Below are positions 1 to 13,439 of a stretch of DNA of 63,877 nucleotides, one piece after another (position 1 is the stretch's first letter; each line of letters begins with the position of its first letter). The DNA is from Gracilinanus agilis. Its lineage: Eukaryota. Under the pieces are notes generated by a model that did no database searches, was not told where the DNA came from, and saw nothing but the letters and a program-made list of their open reading frames with translations. The DNA is taken from positions 529,888,903-529,952,779 of the forward strand of contig NC_058132.1 of NCBI RefSeq assembly GCF_016433145.1, in the 5' to 3' direction. A program made the position numbers and the translations under genes.

Positions 1-71
1 AGAATTTCCATGTTGGAAACAGGAACAGTTAAAGAAAATGAAATTGATTCTCAAGTGCATGCACTACTAAA

Positions 72-500
72 TAGAAGCAGTGTTAGGGTAGTGGATGGAT
101 GACCAACTCTGGAGTCAGGTAGACCTGGGTTCAAGTTTTGCTTCTTATAGCTTCTGACTGTGGGGCTATACATAAATCACTTAACATCTCAGTGCCTTAG
201 GCAACTCTCTAAGTTTTGTAACTTCCATATGTAGAGGCAACTTGGTGGCTTAGTGAATAGAATGCTGAGCCTGACATATGGGAGAAGTAGGTCCAAATTT
301 GAACTCTTACACTTACTAGCTTAGCTGCATGACCCTGGGCAAGTCACCTAACCTTTTCTGCATCAGTTTACTCAACTATAAAATGGGGATAATAATAACA
401 TCTTCTTTATAGGATTATTTTAAAGATCAAATGAGATATTTGAAAAAGTGCTTAGCATTGCACCTGGCATACAGTAGGTGCTTAATAAATGCTTATTTCC
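72..500 (+). mobile_element. Two tandem CORE-SINEs (MIR/MIR3-like)
   Basis: tRNA-like heads (ctggagtcagg..ggttcaag), CORE motif gaccctgggcaagtcac..taaaatgggg, and an L2-like tail gtaggtgcttaataaatgc. Confidence 0.75.
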
Positions 501-1313
501 CTTTCTCTTCCCTTCCTTCCACATTAGTAAATTAGGATGAATGAAATTACAGATCTAGATCCACCCCCTTTCCAATTTCCTTCTCTAAAAAAAGGGCTAC
601 TGAAACCACCCATAAGTGGGAAACCTGAGGAACATGGCAGCTAGGTCAGATTATTGAGAAAGAATACATTGAGACAATACTCTTTTGTTGGCATAGCCTA
701 TAAATAAGCCTAACTAGTCATTTTGTAAACAAGGGCCATTGGCCATAATGGAATCTCAAATGACACTTGACTTCTTGGGTTAGGATAGCGACTAGAGAAT
801 GTAGACATGGCTTTTGATTTAAATTACTCTATTACACTAAATTACAATATTACACTAGAAGAAAAGTCAATTCAAAATAGAATGGAGAGAAAAAGGCTAT
901 GGATTAAGTAACACTAATGTGGAAAAACAATGCACAAACATACACCATTATAGAACATAAGTTTGTGTGAGAGGGAAGACAAAAAAAGGACCACTGAATA
1001 TTTGAGAAGGGGCTTTTTTCATCTTCAAAATATAGAGAATAAATGCTTATCAGTTTGAAATATTTTTCTTCTTAAAGGCTAGAAGTGGGCCACATGACCT
1101 TTCAAGGTTTCATTTTATAAAGAGTGATTTAATTTTTTTTAAATTCTGAGTTAGTTAGAAATTTGTTTTCCTTATATAAGGAAAGAAATGTTGTTGTTAT
1201 TCTCTTGTAATCATGCCTTATTTGAATAGATTTTATTTGTGTCATGCTCATATTATTTAGATTTAATTATGAAACTTGGTTAGTTCTTTATTTTTTTTTT
1301 AATGCCGTTTCAG

Positions 1314-1370
1314 TGAATGTTTCAGCATCAAAGAATTTGGATTCTAAATCAAGTCAAACAATAGTAGTGG
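1314..1370 (+). CDS. DZIP1: DZIP1 internal coding exon (57 nt, phase 1-1): (V)NVSASKNLDSKSSQTIVV
   Basis: Polypyrimidine/T tract plus tttcag| acceptor and |gtaagt donor. The translation aligns to the recalled human DZIP1 segment MNAPALHTLETKSSLPMVH, and the frame joins the next exon. Confidence 0.85.
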
Positions 1371-2675
1371 GTAAGTTTCAACAGTTGATGCAGTGTTTTA
1401 TGTGAAGTTGCCACACTGAGTTAGATAACTTATTAACTGAAAGTGCTTCTATGGGGTAAAAAGAATAGAAAACATTTAGTGACACTTAAAAGAACTAATC
1501 TCTATATTTGACTTTATTAAGATCAGAAAGTATAAAATGTATACATTGGTTAGAAATAACTTCAAATACAGATTTTAACTTTTTTTCCCAAATAACCTTT
1601 CTTCTCATGTATAATTTTTGGGAGTTGGTAAGTAAGAAAAAAAATGTGACTTTCTATTAGACCAATCAACCCCAGTACAAGCCATGGGGTGTATATGATT
1701 GTTTTTTTAACTTTGAATGTGACAGAAAGTCACATTTTTATCCAGGCAGCTTCAATGATTGGCTGGGTAAAATAATCTATAAAAGTCATGTGATGGGGAC
1801 TAAAAAGGAAAAATAAGTTCCTCTAGAATAAATTCCTGCCAATGGGGTTAATTCAAAGTCCAAATGATTAGATTTCTTTCAAGAAGATTGATGTTAAAAG
1901 CGTTACCGAAAGCGACAAAATGTTATTAAAGAAATTCATGTAGATTATTTAGCCATTTTTAATTTTAAAGTTTGTATTTATAAACTATGGTAATGAAAAC
2001 TATCTTTTTCCTATCTTAAATCATTAATGCTTTCAGAAGCTATTAAATGATTACCTATTCCACCTTCCCAGTTGTAGCCTTCAATCTTGGTCCATCTGCC
2101 TGGACTTATTGTGCTCTGCCTAGAATGACTTTTTAAAACCTATTTCCTTTAATCACTGATTCATGAAGTTATTCATTAGGGTATATTTCTATTGTAGATG
2201 GTTAATGTCTTTAAATATGTGCCTTCAATATGTAATCTATAAATTCTTAACTTAAATTTTTAGTTCCATAGGTGTTTGAACCATGCAGATTTTTCCCACA
2301 TAGTGTAACGGTAGAGATTTTCACGTTGATTATTCAGGAGAGTTCTTCAGTACTTGTCTCAAGAATTACCTGTCCAATAATTAAGTTTTCTCATCAATAA
2401 TATTTCTGTTTTTATCCTATATCATTATTTTAATAGGCAGACGATGAATTTGGTATAATGTTGCTAATTATCTTTTTTCTTCTATTGGGATTTTTTTACT
2501 TTTTTTCCTTTCCTATCCTAATTTTAATCAGCCTTCTATATTATATAATAAAAGGTTTATTTACTGTATATCTTTTCCATTCTGTGAATGTACAGTATAA
2601 CAAAGCAAAGTTATTCCCAATGCCAAAGAAATAATGAATAGTAGAGATTTTAAGATATTTAGACTTATTTAGGCT

Positions 2676-2926
2676 CAAGGGTGTAACTGGTAAATGTTTT
2701 AACTATTGGCTTTCCAGAGGAAAAAAATAATAGGACCTAGGACATAATTTTAAGTTGAATATGTCTTTCATATATTCTCCATCACCTTCTTAAGTCTAGA
2801 CAATCAACAAAATAATATCTCAAGCCCTAAATATAGCATTTGCCAATTTTTGAGGTGTATAAATGCTTAGACTAAAAATTTAGCAGTTCTCTGGAGTTGG
2901 TATAAGCTGACTCCAGCAGATGTCTG
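2676..2926. mobile_element. MER63-like hAT (Blackjack) non-autonomous DNA transposon
   Basis: Degenerate termini caagggtgtaactggtaaatgttt and gctgactccagcagatgtctg, plus internal ccttcttaagtctagacaatcaacaaaa matching recalled MER63. A second copy lies at about 18231-18540. Confidence 0.65.
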
Positions 2927-5889
2927 GTTAATCCAGCCTACTCATGCCCCTGAATTCCCTGTTGTGGCTTCTCAGGTCTTTGAAATGCCAGGTGGCAAAG
3001 GGAGGCACTCAATGCTGGCATGGTTCCTCCTCTGTGGCCTGAAAGCCAAGGTAGGAGAGCAAGGCCATGAGATTTTTCTGTCAGCTTAATTTTCCCATTA
3101 ATTAGAAAGGGAAATCCTGTCAGTACGGGAAGTCAAACACTCTTCTTCTCCATTAGCACCCTTAGTGCCCTCACCCAGTTGATTGTGAAGCTTCAAATGA
3201 AGGATAGAATAACTCTTTAATATGAAAGCATTGGGAACTCTGGCCTCAATTAAGAATCAATTACCAGCGATGTGACTCTTCTTCTCTGAGCCCCCAGACA
3301 ATTCTCTGATATAAAATGCAGAGCTTGCTGGTCTGGATTGGCAGAGGGAGCTGGCTCATTGGGAGTCCAGTATAACAATGAAATCACAGGGACAGACCAA
3401 GAAAAAAATCTATGATCTTTATTTAAGATCATCTTTACTCATAGGACGAATAGTCATTTCCCAGTGGGCAAAACAGTTACCTAAAAAGTTACCTAAAAGT
3501 CTGTGGAATACTCATCTTATTTTTCATATAATAAAACAGACACTTATAAGTCCTTTGACATTGTACTCTGATGAATTTATCAATCAGTGCCAGTTCTAAG
3601 GTCTTAAAGGCAGTAAGTAGATAGGATGAGAATTGAATTCTGGATAAAATAATAGCAGGCTCTAATATTCTGCCATTTAGTGGTGTACTATCTAGGATTT
3701 TCCTAGTTAAAGTTGATCAAGAATTTCTTAGTCATGGCTACAGACTACAGAACACATTGCCCTCAGTTATGAATGCATTTTGATGTTGGAATGATCAGAA
3801 ACATAGAGGTTGTCATTTGTAGGTTTTTCTTTGATCCATGTTATTTGGAACTCAATAATATAGTATTGGATGATTTAGCTTCTCACTTTGTTTTAGAGTT
3901 TTTAGAGCTTTAGAATGACCTAAAATTGAAGGAAGAGGATTCTTTTTCTTTTACTCACAACTATCCTATACCAATTTTTGTCAAATCTTCTTGGTACTTT
4001 CTGTAGAAATGTGGGGAGCAGACTATATTTTCCCTCTGTAAGTTAAAGCCATTTGTTTGTCTTTCATTATGTAGCTAGGACTCAGATGTTTTTAACTTAC
4101 AAGAACAAACATTTGGATGTTCTTAAATTTTAGATTTTTTAAAATTGGAATTTAGCTTTGCTTCTTCTTACCGTGTTTACATTCCGAGTAAGGCATATCC
4201 GGGTTTTAAAACTTAACAAGTCATTTCACCAGCCAGGCATGAAAAAATTGTGATAAATTGTTCCAACTGGCATGATAAATGTAAAATGGTGAACATGCCC
4301 TGGGTTTTGAGGGTGATTGGAGAAGGAATACCTGTCTCACAAACAAGATACAGTATTTCATTTGGACTCCTGAATTTTTAAGAACAAAAATAGCATTAAC
4401 TGAATCTTCTCTCCCCCCAAATGCCCACTTATGTAAATAATACAGAAAATGAGAAGTTCTGTAGACCTTTCACCATGCAAAATTATTCCAAGTTATAAAA
4501 TACTTTTTGATGAGCAATATCTTTCTCACTAAGTTATTTCTTCTATAGATAGATTTGGAATAAAATGGAAACCAGGTGTGGAAAGCAATGAGGTTTTAGC
4601 TTATCATGTAACTTTGGCAGTTACATATTTTTTACCCCCAGAGAAATAGTTATTTTCATTTTTAAGTAATCATACATATAGTAACAGAAGGGAAAAGAAA
4701 CTCTTTCTTTGGACACAGATGATGGAAAGAAGTAGATAGCAGACTGATATCCACCTAACAGTGGACAATGTTATAGGAGGACACTTTAATAACTCTGATT
4801 TCTGTAAATCTTTAAGATTTACAAAGCTCTTTCTTAACAACAACCTTGAGAAGTTTACCAAAGCTTAGAATGGTGGAAATGATTTATCAAAGAGCTCATG
4901 AATATCCAAAGCAGCAGTAAGAATTCACCTCTCTCCTAACTGTATCAAATATTCTTTCCTCTGTTATCATGTTGCCCCTCACTCTTGAACGTAAAAAGGA
5001 GCAGAGGCATGGTATTTAAGAGTTCAATGGAACCACAGAGATCAATGTAGCCCAGTTTGCTAATTTTGCCTAAGTCTCAGAAAGATGAAGTGATTCATCC
5101 AGAGTCCCTGAGCTTGAGCATAAGGTCCTCTGACTCCATGCCCAGTAGTGTTCTGCATGTCAGAATTTCTCAAACTGAATTTCACAGTCCTAGAGTTATT
5201 CAGTGAAAGAAGATATATTATAATGGACAGACACAGACAGAAAACTTGTCTGACATTCTTGCTATGCCAATACTGTGTGTGCCTTCAAATGGTGAGAAGA
5301 ACTATTGGTTGTTGGTCCATGTGGATGATGTGAAAGAAAATTTGACTTGTTCTAGAATCAGCCCTTGAGTGCATTCAATAATATATGAAGTCCAGTGAAT
5401 TGTTATTGGTCTTCCTCTGCACAATATGTGTAACATTGTACTCATTTAGTTTTTTTTTTCTACACTGTTAGTAAAACCCATTGTGATGATTCCTATTTTG
5501 AATAACTGGGTGAGATGAAGACATGTGGAAAATGATTTGAAAATACCCATTATGAATAATTAATGGAAATGAAGACATTCGAAAAAACAAAAAAGCAGAA
5601 ATATTCATCAATAATATATCTCTAACGTACAACAGATATCCATGAAGTCAGTTCAAAGTACAAAATCACAAACAAACAAAATGCAAATATATTTATGGCT
5701 ATCTTCAATTATGGTTTATGTCTTGTGATTCTGATGTATGATGTGTATATTACTAAATTGTTTTTGAAGTTCTGTGGTTTTGGCAGAGTTGCAGTTATTT
5801 ACAGATAAAGCAAACTTTTTTAATGTTAAAAGGAAAAAGTGGCTAATAAGGAAATGGAGAAATGAAAGTAATTGTAAAGCACTTAAGAG

Positions 5890-6170
5890 TCAGTCAGATA
5901 GTAAATGTTAAGTGCCTACTATATGCCAGGTAATGTGCTAAGGGCTGGTGGTTCAAAGAAAGGTAAAAGACAATCCCTGCCCTCAAGGAGCTTACAGTCA
6001 AATGTGGGAGACACCATGCAAACTATTATGTGCAAATACCTTTTTATACAGAATAAATTTTAAATAACCAATAGAAGGAAAGCACTAGAATAAAGAATTA
6101 TGAAAGGTTTCCTAGAGAAGGTGGAATCTTAACTAGGGCTTAAAGGAAGCCAGGAGATGGAGATGGCATG
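5890..6170 (-). mobile_element. L2 3' fragment
   Basis: gtaaatgttaagtgcctactatatgccagg...ccctgccctcaaggagcttacagt is the antisense L2 3' end signature. Confidence 0.7.
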
Positions 6171-6329
6171 TCCAATATGTTCTAAATGCAGGAACAATTG
6201 CTGATCGCTATGTGTTTCTCACTAAGTTGTTTCTGTCTTTGTTATATTCAGAATAAAATCTACCAGGAAATAGAATTAAAAAAAAAACATTATAGAGTTT
6301 GGTACCATTAGTAATGGACAGTTAAGATT

Positions 6330-7810
6330 TTTGCATCAATATTCATTAAAGAAATTGGTCTGTAATTTCCTTTCTGTTTTTGGTCTTCCTGGCTTAGGTA
6401 TCATCATCATATTTGTGTTATATAAAGAATTTGGTAGGACTCATCCCTTGCTAATTTTGCCAAATAGTTTGTTTAGTATTGGGATTAACTATTCTTTAAA
6501 TGCTTGCTAGAATTTACTTGTAAATATGTCTGGCCCTGGGGATTTTTTCTTAGGGAATTTATTGATAGCTTATTCAATTTCTTTTTCTGAGATGGGATTA
6601 TCTAAGTATTCTATTTCCTCTTTTGTTAATCTAGGCAATTTATGTTTTTGTAAATATTCATCTAGATTATCAGATTTGTTGTCATAAAATTGGACAAAAT
6701 AGCTCCTAATGACTGCCTTAATTTCTTCTTCATTGGAGGTGAAATCATCCTTTTCATTTTTGATACTGGTAATTTGATCCTCTTCTTTCCTTTTTTCTAA
6801 TCAGAGTAATTTTATTTGTTTTTTCATATAATCAACACAGGCTTTATTTATTAATTCAATAGATCTTTTACTTTCAATTCTCCTTTAAATGTTAGGATTT
6901 CCAATTTAGCCTTTATATGGGAATTTTTAATTTGTTCTTTTTATAGTTTTTTTTTACTTGCATGTCTAATTTATTGATCTGCTTTTTTTCTATTTTATTG
7001 ATATAAGCATTCAGGGATATAAATTGTCCCCTGAGTACTGCTTTGGCTATATTTTGATATGTTGCCTCCTCATCGTCATTCTCTTCAGTGAAATCAATGA
7101 TTATTTCTATGATTTGTTCTTTGACCCATTCATTTTGAAGAATTAGATTATTTAGTTTCCAATTAATTTTTAATTTGCCTTTCCATGAACCCCTATTGAT
7201 TATAATTTTATTGTATTATGATCTAGAAAAGCTACATTTGTTATTTCTGTTTTTCTCTTTTGGTTGTGAAGTTGGCAAATCTATGGAAATGTATGCCTAT
7301 GAGGGCTGTTCTCCTCTCCCTCTCCAACGCACCTGAGGACATTTCTCACATGACCTGCCCCTCTGCCCAGCAGCCCAATGCGAGTACTTCCTCCCTCCCC
7401 TGTCTGGGGTAATGGGGCAATTCACATGCACATGAGGGTCACATTTTGAGCAATTGGTCTCTAAAAGGTTCACCATCATTGCCCTAATACATTGTCAGTT
7501 TTTATATATATACCATGTGCTACTGAAAAGTAGATATATTTTTTATCCCTATTTAATTTCTTCTAGATAGCTATTAAATCTAAATTTTCTAAAATTTCAT
7601 TTACTTCCTTTACTTTCTTATTTATTTTTTTGGTTAGATTTATCTAATTCTGATAGGGGAAAATTGAAGTCCCCCCACTAGTATAGTTTTACTGTCTATT
7701 TCTTCCTTAACTACCTTTAGTTTCTCTTTTTAAAATCTAGATGCTATACCCTTGGTGAACATATGTTAGGTACTGATATTGCTTCATTGTCTATACTACC
7801 TTTTATCAAG
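6330..7810 (-). mobile_element. Marsupial L1 ORF2 fragment, interrupted by a hAT MITE
   Basis: Antisense L1 endonuclease/RT-linker sequence (tttgcatcaatattcatt, tctggccctggggattttt, aagtcccccact). Confidence 0.85.
7266..7481. mobile_element. hAT-type MITE nested in L1
   Basis: Degenerate TIRs gttggcaaatctatgg and ctctaaaaggttcaccatcattg (CAGTGATGGCGAACCT-like) around a GC-richer core. Confidence 0.6.
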
Positions 7811-8039
7811 TTATTAATGGACATGTAAGAAAATGATTTTAAAAATCTTTGGGGCATGGGTTCCAATAAAAGAGTTTTTGTTTTTACTGAGAGGTTTCAG
7901 AAACAACAAAAAGTTTGAGACTTTTAGAGTAGGATCTCAATGCCACAATGGTATTTTTCCAGCTAGGAATTTTTCCTTCTCTTACTAACTACTGCCTCAT
8001 TTCTCATGATCCTTGAACTCTGATGACTTTGGCTTTGAA

Positions 8040-8285
8040 GCATCTAGGTGGTGCACAATAGACAGAATGTAGGAGAACTTGGAGTCAGGAAGACCTAAGC
8101 TTGAATCTTTTCTCAGATCCTCCCTAACTTTGTGATCCCTGAGCAAGTTGCTTAATCTCTCTCTGTCTCAATTCCCTTACCTATAAAATGGGTATTATAA
8201 TATTACCTACCCCTCAGGATTAAAATATACAAATTACTTTGTCAAACTTTGGGCATTATATAAATACTAGCAATACTTATTATTA
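8040..8285 (+). mobile_element. MIR-type CORE-SINE
   Basis: ggagtcaggaagacct head, ataaaatggg core and attattatt tail. Confidence 0.7.
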
Positions 8286-8433
8286 GGTACTCAGAGCCCA
8301 AGGTTTTAAATAGTCATTTTTCCTAAAGCCTTGAAGATAAACAAGGGAACATTTATTTTTCCAAATATCTACCCTTTAACTTTAGATCTTGAAAGTTTGA
8401 ACTCATAGTCAGAAGCCAAAATAGAAGCTAAAA

Positions 8434-8764
8434 CAGGGGTCAGAAAACTATGACATGCATGCCAGAGAGATGGCACGTGAACCAGTTTTCATTGGCATGT
8501 AGATCACTGCTACCACTGTGCACCCACCCAATATTCCCTTTCACCATAGTGCCACCAATTTGTGAGTTGGCAGCTACCACATGTTCCCTTTCTAGCTTGG
8601 GAAAATCCATATGGTTCCTCCCCATTTTGTCCCAGTATCACTGGTTGGCAGCTCTCACTTGGTCAGTATCTGTTTGTGAGTCAGTAGTTAACACCAACCC
8701 CTGGGCAGAGCAGAAAGAAGTCAGAACCTTGGCATACCACTCATAAAAAACAACAGATGCCCTG
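8434..8764. mobile_element. hAT-type MITE
   Basis: Starts caggggtcagaaaactatgacatgcatgcc and ends gatgccctg. The flanks agctaaaa/ggctagag resemble a decayed 8-bp hAT TSD. Confidence 0.55.
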
Positions 8765-8914
8765 GGCTAGAGCTAGAGTCAAATTGTGCCTATCTAAGCC
8801 AGAGTAACCTGAGTAGTATCTAAGTACAAAGTAGGCTAGCCTCACCATACCTCTAAGCCTGAAAAATAGTATGTACTATTTATATTATTTATAACCATTC
8901 CTTTAATAGAATTC

Positions 8915-9260
8915 TTTTAAACCTTTACCATCTATCTTAGAATCAATACTAAGTATAGGTTCCAAGTAGAAATGCTGGAAGGGTTAGCCAACTGGAATTA
9001 AGTGACTTGCCTATGATCACACAGCTAGGAAGTATCTGAGGCCATATTTGAACCCAGGACTGCATGTCTCCAGATCTGGCTCTCTATCCATGATCCACCT
9101 GACTGCACACTGAATATATTTATTTTTAAACCCTTACCTTCCATCTTAGAATCAATACTGATGTGTATTGGTTTTAATGCAGAAGAGTGGTAAAGGCTAG
9201 CAATAGGGGTTAAGTGACTTGCCCATGGTTGCTCCCAATCCACTGAGCTGTCCCCATTTA
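8915..9260 (-). mobile_element. Two tandem Mdo/MAR1-type CORE-SINEs (second one internally deleted)
   Basis: cccttaccttccatcttagaatcaatact tail and aagtgacttgcc..cacagctaggaagtatctgagg core. Confidence 0.8.
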
Positions 9261-9769
9261 CTCAACTGCTTCAGATGCTCGTTCTCTCTACAGACCATGT
9301 TGGTTACTTAACTAACTAAAAAAAGTCTCTAAAACAAAATTAGTCACTGTACTAAAAGAATAAAATCCGTAAATTTCAGCTATGTGTTTGTGGCTGCTGC
9401 ATCCTGCTCCTTCCAAACTCTCAAATTCCTCAATTCAGTGATTTTTCCTATTGAAGGCATTCGTGGAAATTGATGGCATCTTTAGTAAAAATTGTCTCTC
9501 CTCCTTTAATTAAACTTTTGCATTTTGATAGATACTTGAAAATTGTAAATAAATACTCATTAATTATATTTCCCTTTTATATATTCTGCCTTTCATTTGA
9601 CACTCCCCAAAGTTACATCAAACATTTTACAGACTTCACAAAAAATGTGTCATTCATTCAGTAAATAGAATTCTATTAGTTCATCAACTAGCATTTATTA
9701 AGTGACTACTGTTTGCCAGTTTTGTACTAGATGGTAGGGAAAAACAACAACAGCAAAATAATTCCTATT

Positions 9770-10345
9770 GGAATGCATATTATATATATATATATGTATA
9801 CATTGTATATTATATATATTTTATTTATGTATACATTGTATATTATATGTAATAATATATTGTATACCTTATAGACTATATAATTATATATGCATGCTTT
9901 GTATATTATAGATAGTTATATATACATACTTTCTGTATGATACATAATTATATGTGCACACCTTATATATAATAAGTAATATATAATTATGCATGCATGG
10001 TATATTAGATATATTTTATCCATACATTTTATATCATATATAATTTTATATATGCACAAGTATATATAATTTTATATACATGCATTGTATGTGACATATA
10101 ATATATAATTCTATATTAATATCTGGTATATTATATGATTACATATGCATACATTGTATATTATATATAATTATGTACACCTTGTATTTACATATAATAT
10201 ATGCATATATTTTAAATTATATATCATTATATATGTTGAATATTATATAAAATTATATATGCACACATTGTGTATTATATAATTGTACACTTTGAATATT
10301 ATATAAATATATATGCATACATTATATTATATATAAAAACACACA
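9770..10345. repeat. Degenerate TA-rich low-complexity/minisatellite tract
   Basis: Recurrent variants of (tgca)tacattgtatattatatataattat; almost entirely A/T. Confidence 0.9.
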
Positions 10346-10399
10346 CCTATATGTGTCTTTGACTGCTGACTACAATTTGAAAATCTCAAGTTTCAGTGA

Positions 10400-10885
10400 C
10401 GTGGCTGAGTGGATTGAGAGCCAGACCTAGAGACAGAAGGTTCAGGGTTCAAATCTAGCCTCAGACATTTCCTAGCTATGTGACCCTGGACAAGGCACTT
10501 AACCCCCATTGCCTGACCCTTACTGCTCTTTACCTACAGTATTGGTTCTAAAATGGAAGGGTAAGCATTTTTAAAAATCAAAGCAAACAAACAATAACAG
10601 TAAAAAACTCCCAAGATACCTAAAGTAGATATTTGTAAAAGTATGGCAGTGGTGGTGGTACAGTGGATAGAGTGCTATGCCTGGAGTCAGAAAGATTCAT
10701 TTCCTTGAGTTCAAATCTGGCCTCGGATGCTTATTATCTGGTTGACCCTGGGCAAATCACTTCATCTGTTTGCCTCAATTTCTTCCAAAGAAGAAGAAAA
10801 TGGTAAACCACTCCAGTATTTTTGTTAAGAAAACTCCAAATCGGATCATGAGTTAGACACGACCGAAAAATGGCTGAGCAATAAA
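10400..10885 (+). mobile_element. Mdo-type SINE (about 10400-10560) and MAR1 SINE with RTE-like tail (about 10645-10885)
   Basis: gctgagtggattgagagccagacctagagac head. The second copy ends with aaaccactccagtat..aaaactccaaat..gacacgac. Confidence 0.8.
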
Positions 10886-11958
10886 TCTCTCTGTGCATGT
10901 ACATATGTATGTTCATGTGTGTATATGTTATAGAAACAAAGATAAGCCTCTCTTTCTGCAAGAAATCTTTCCCATTCCTCCTTAATATTTGTGCCTTCCC
11001 TCCGTTGACCTCCATTTTATTGTGTCTATGACTTGTTTGTACTGTTGTTTGCATGTTGTTTCCCCCAATTACATTGTAAACTCCTCAAGGGTAATGCTAA
11101 TGCTTAGAACAGTATCTGTCCCATGGTTGACTTGACCAGAAAACACCTTTAAAAAGGATAAAAGGTGGCAGAAGTGGGAGCGAGAGGAGGAACAGGGAGA
11201 GATCTTGAAAGGAAGGATCATCCAGAAGATGGGGCTTGGGTTGGGTCTTAAAGGAAACCAGGAATTCCAGGATGTGAAACCAGGCAAAATACCATGAAAA
11301 AGGGATCTCTTTTGGGTGAATAGGAGGGAACTCATGGGTGTGGGGCTTTTATAAAAGACAATTGTCAAGCAAAAGGAATGAATATAATAGATATTTGTGG
11401 GATGAATTGGAATTGACCAAAATTAATGAGAAGGAATTTGGATGCTTTAACTAAGAAAGTACTAAATGGTTACTACTGTACAGAACATCTAGATAATTGC
11501 TAAATGTATGCAATAGTAGACACATTTATCATAGCCAAGATTTGCTCCTCACCTAAACGTAAGATAACCTACCATTTTAGAGGAAATATTGAGTTCTAAA
11601 ATAGGCCAAATTATATTAACCTGAAGGTATTCTTGCCAAATTTAAATGAAATCTAATGCCAGTATTTACTCAGGGTTTTCATTTTGCCCCTCATCCCACG
11701 GTTACTCACTTATTTTGGATTTTGGGGGGGGGAGGTCAATATTTTTTGTAAGTTCCTTTAACACCTTCCATATCATGTATGATGAAAACTCAGTATGATT
11801 GGGAAATAACAAAATGTTCCAAACTATTTTCCATTTAACTGAGAGTTATCCCATTTCATTCAGTGAAATTACCTAAGTCAAAGAAGAGGAAGCTACTCAG
11901 GGAATAGATATGTGAACCTCATTTTCAGGTTAGCTGTGTTCTCCATTATGTATCTTTA

Positions 11959-12190
11959 TTTATTTATTTGTTTGTTTGTTTTTATTATTTATTTATTTGT
12001 TTTTTAATTTTTTAAGCCCTTAACTTCTGTGTATTGGCTCCTAGGTGGAAGAGTGGTAAGGGTGGGCAATGAGGGTCAAGAGACTTGCCCAGGGTCACAC
12101 AGCTGGGAAGTGTCTGAGGTCGGATTTGAACCTAGGACTTCTCTTCTCTAGGCCTGACTCTCAATCCACTGAGCTACCCAGCTGCCCCTA
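11959..12190 (-). mobile_element. Young SINE1_Mdo-type SINE with TSD
   Basis: Near-consensus body and (TTTA/TTTG)n tail. TSD ccattatgtatcttta (11943-11958) / ccattatgtattttta (12191-12206), 15/16 identical. Confidence 0.9.
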
Positions 12191-13439
12191 CCATTATGTA
12201 TTTTTAGATACATGGCATATATATTCTAACTACAAATCTTCAGTGTGATAAATAAATCATAAGTTCTTCTTGAAAGAAGCCTAATAAAAATGAAAAGTTA
12301 AAATTATTTTTGACTAAGTAGAAAGTAATCTGCAAGTGGAAAAGTATATGTGATTAGAGATAGTGATTGGAAATTAGATTGATTTCCATAAACTATAATA
12401 GAAAATTTCATATTTATATTCACATTTTTTCACATTCTATAGTTTAAGAAGCAACTAAATATAAGTGGGGAAAAAAATGAGACATGCAACTAACCTTAAG
12501 TGATATATTGTGCATGTATCATTTCTTTGAAGATTTTAAAAGAAATATGTTCATTATCACTTCAATTTAGTAATGTCAAATAATAACCCTATGTTAAGAA
12601 TTTCTTTTTTAAGTTGGAAAAGCAAATTATTCATTTCCTGTGAACAGTTCTAGTAAATAAAACAGGCTTTTTTTTTGTATAAGGTAAAACCTATCCTGAA
12701 TATCTTATTTAAGCTCCAGTGTGAAAAACATGGTATTGGTGTTCAGTTTTATTAAAATGAGGACAGATGGCATATGGATTAACTTCATGAAGTCATGGCT
12801 GTCATCTGGACAACTAGGATTCAGAATATGAGGAATTTGGTGATGAAGATAAGAATCCCTTCAAACACTGAGAAATCAGTTTGGTCAAATTTTCTTTTCA
12901 TTCTTTATTTAAAGCAGGGGGTTTAATTAATAGAAATGTTTCTATTCTCTATATTCAAAGTAGTTACATTAGTGTAAAGTAGTTTATTTAATTAACTCAG
13001 GGTCTGTTGGAAGCCAGGGAATTTCTTTCTTTTCTTTTGAACTGACATTTTTATTTAACTATAACATTTTATCAATCAGATTGAGTGCTTTTTTTTTTCA
13101 TTTTCAGGGAAGAATTATTAAAAGAATCTCACTAGATGGCAAAATTCAGTTTGTATTTTTTTAAGGATGTTGAGAAATGATTTTTTAAAAATATTTCTTT
13201 GCTTTCTTTACTTTCTTTTGTTCAATGGAAAAAAGCTTTTTTTTTTCTCACCAGATTAAAGTGTATTTATTAAATGATACCTTTAAAGTAAGTTTAGGCA
13301 TGAGCAATAGTCAAAATACATTTAGAATACAATAGTGGAGTTACCCAGTAGGAGAGGTATTTAAGGGGCACTGACCTTTTTTCTCTCATTTGATAATCAG
13401 TAGAGCTATTTCTATTTTTGTAAATAATTTGTTGTTCAA

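Noticed and set aside
2437-2452. Possible DZIP1 micro-exon (taatag|gcagacgatgaatttg|gtataa)
   Set aside because: 16 nt would shift the frame, the donor is poor, and the flanking true exons already join in frame.
2976-3050. Exon-like 75-nt segment with ctcag acceptor and gtagga donor
   Set aside because: It contains an immediate in-frame TGA in the DZIP1 phase and has no homology. A poison exon cannot be supported from sequence alone.
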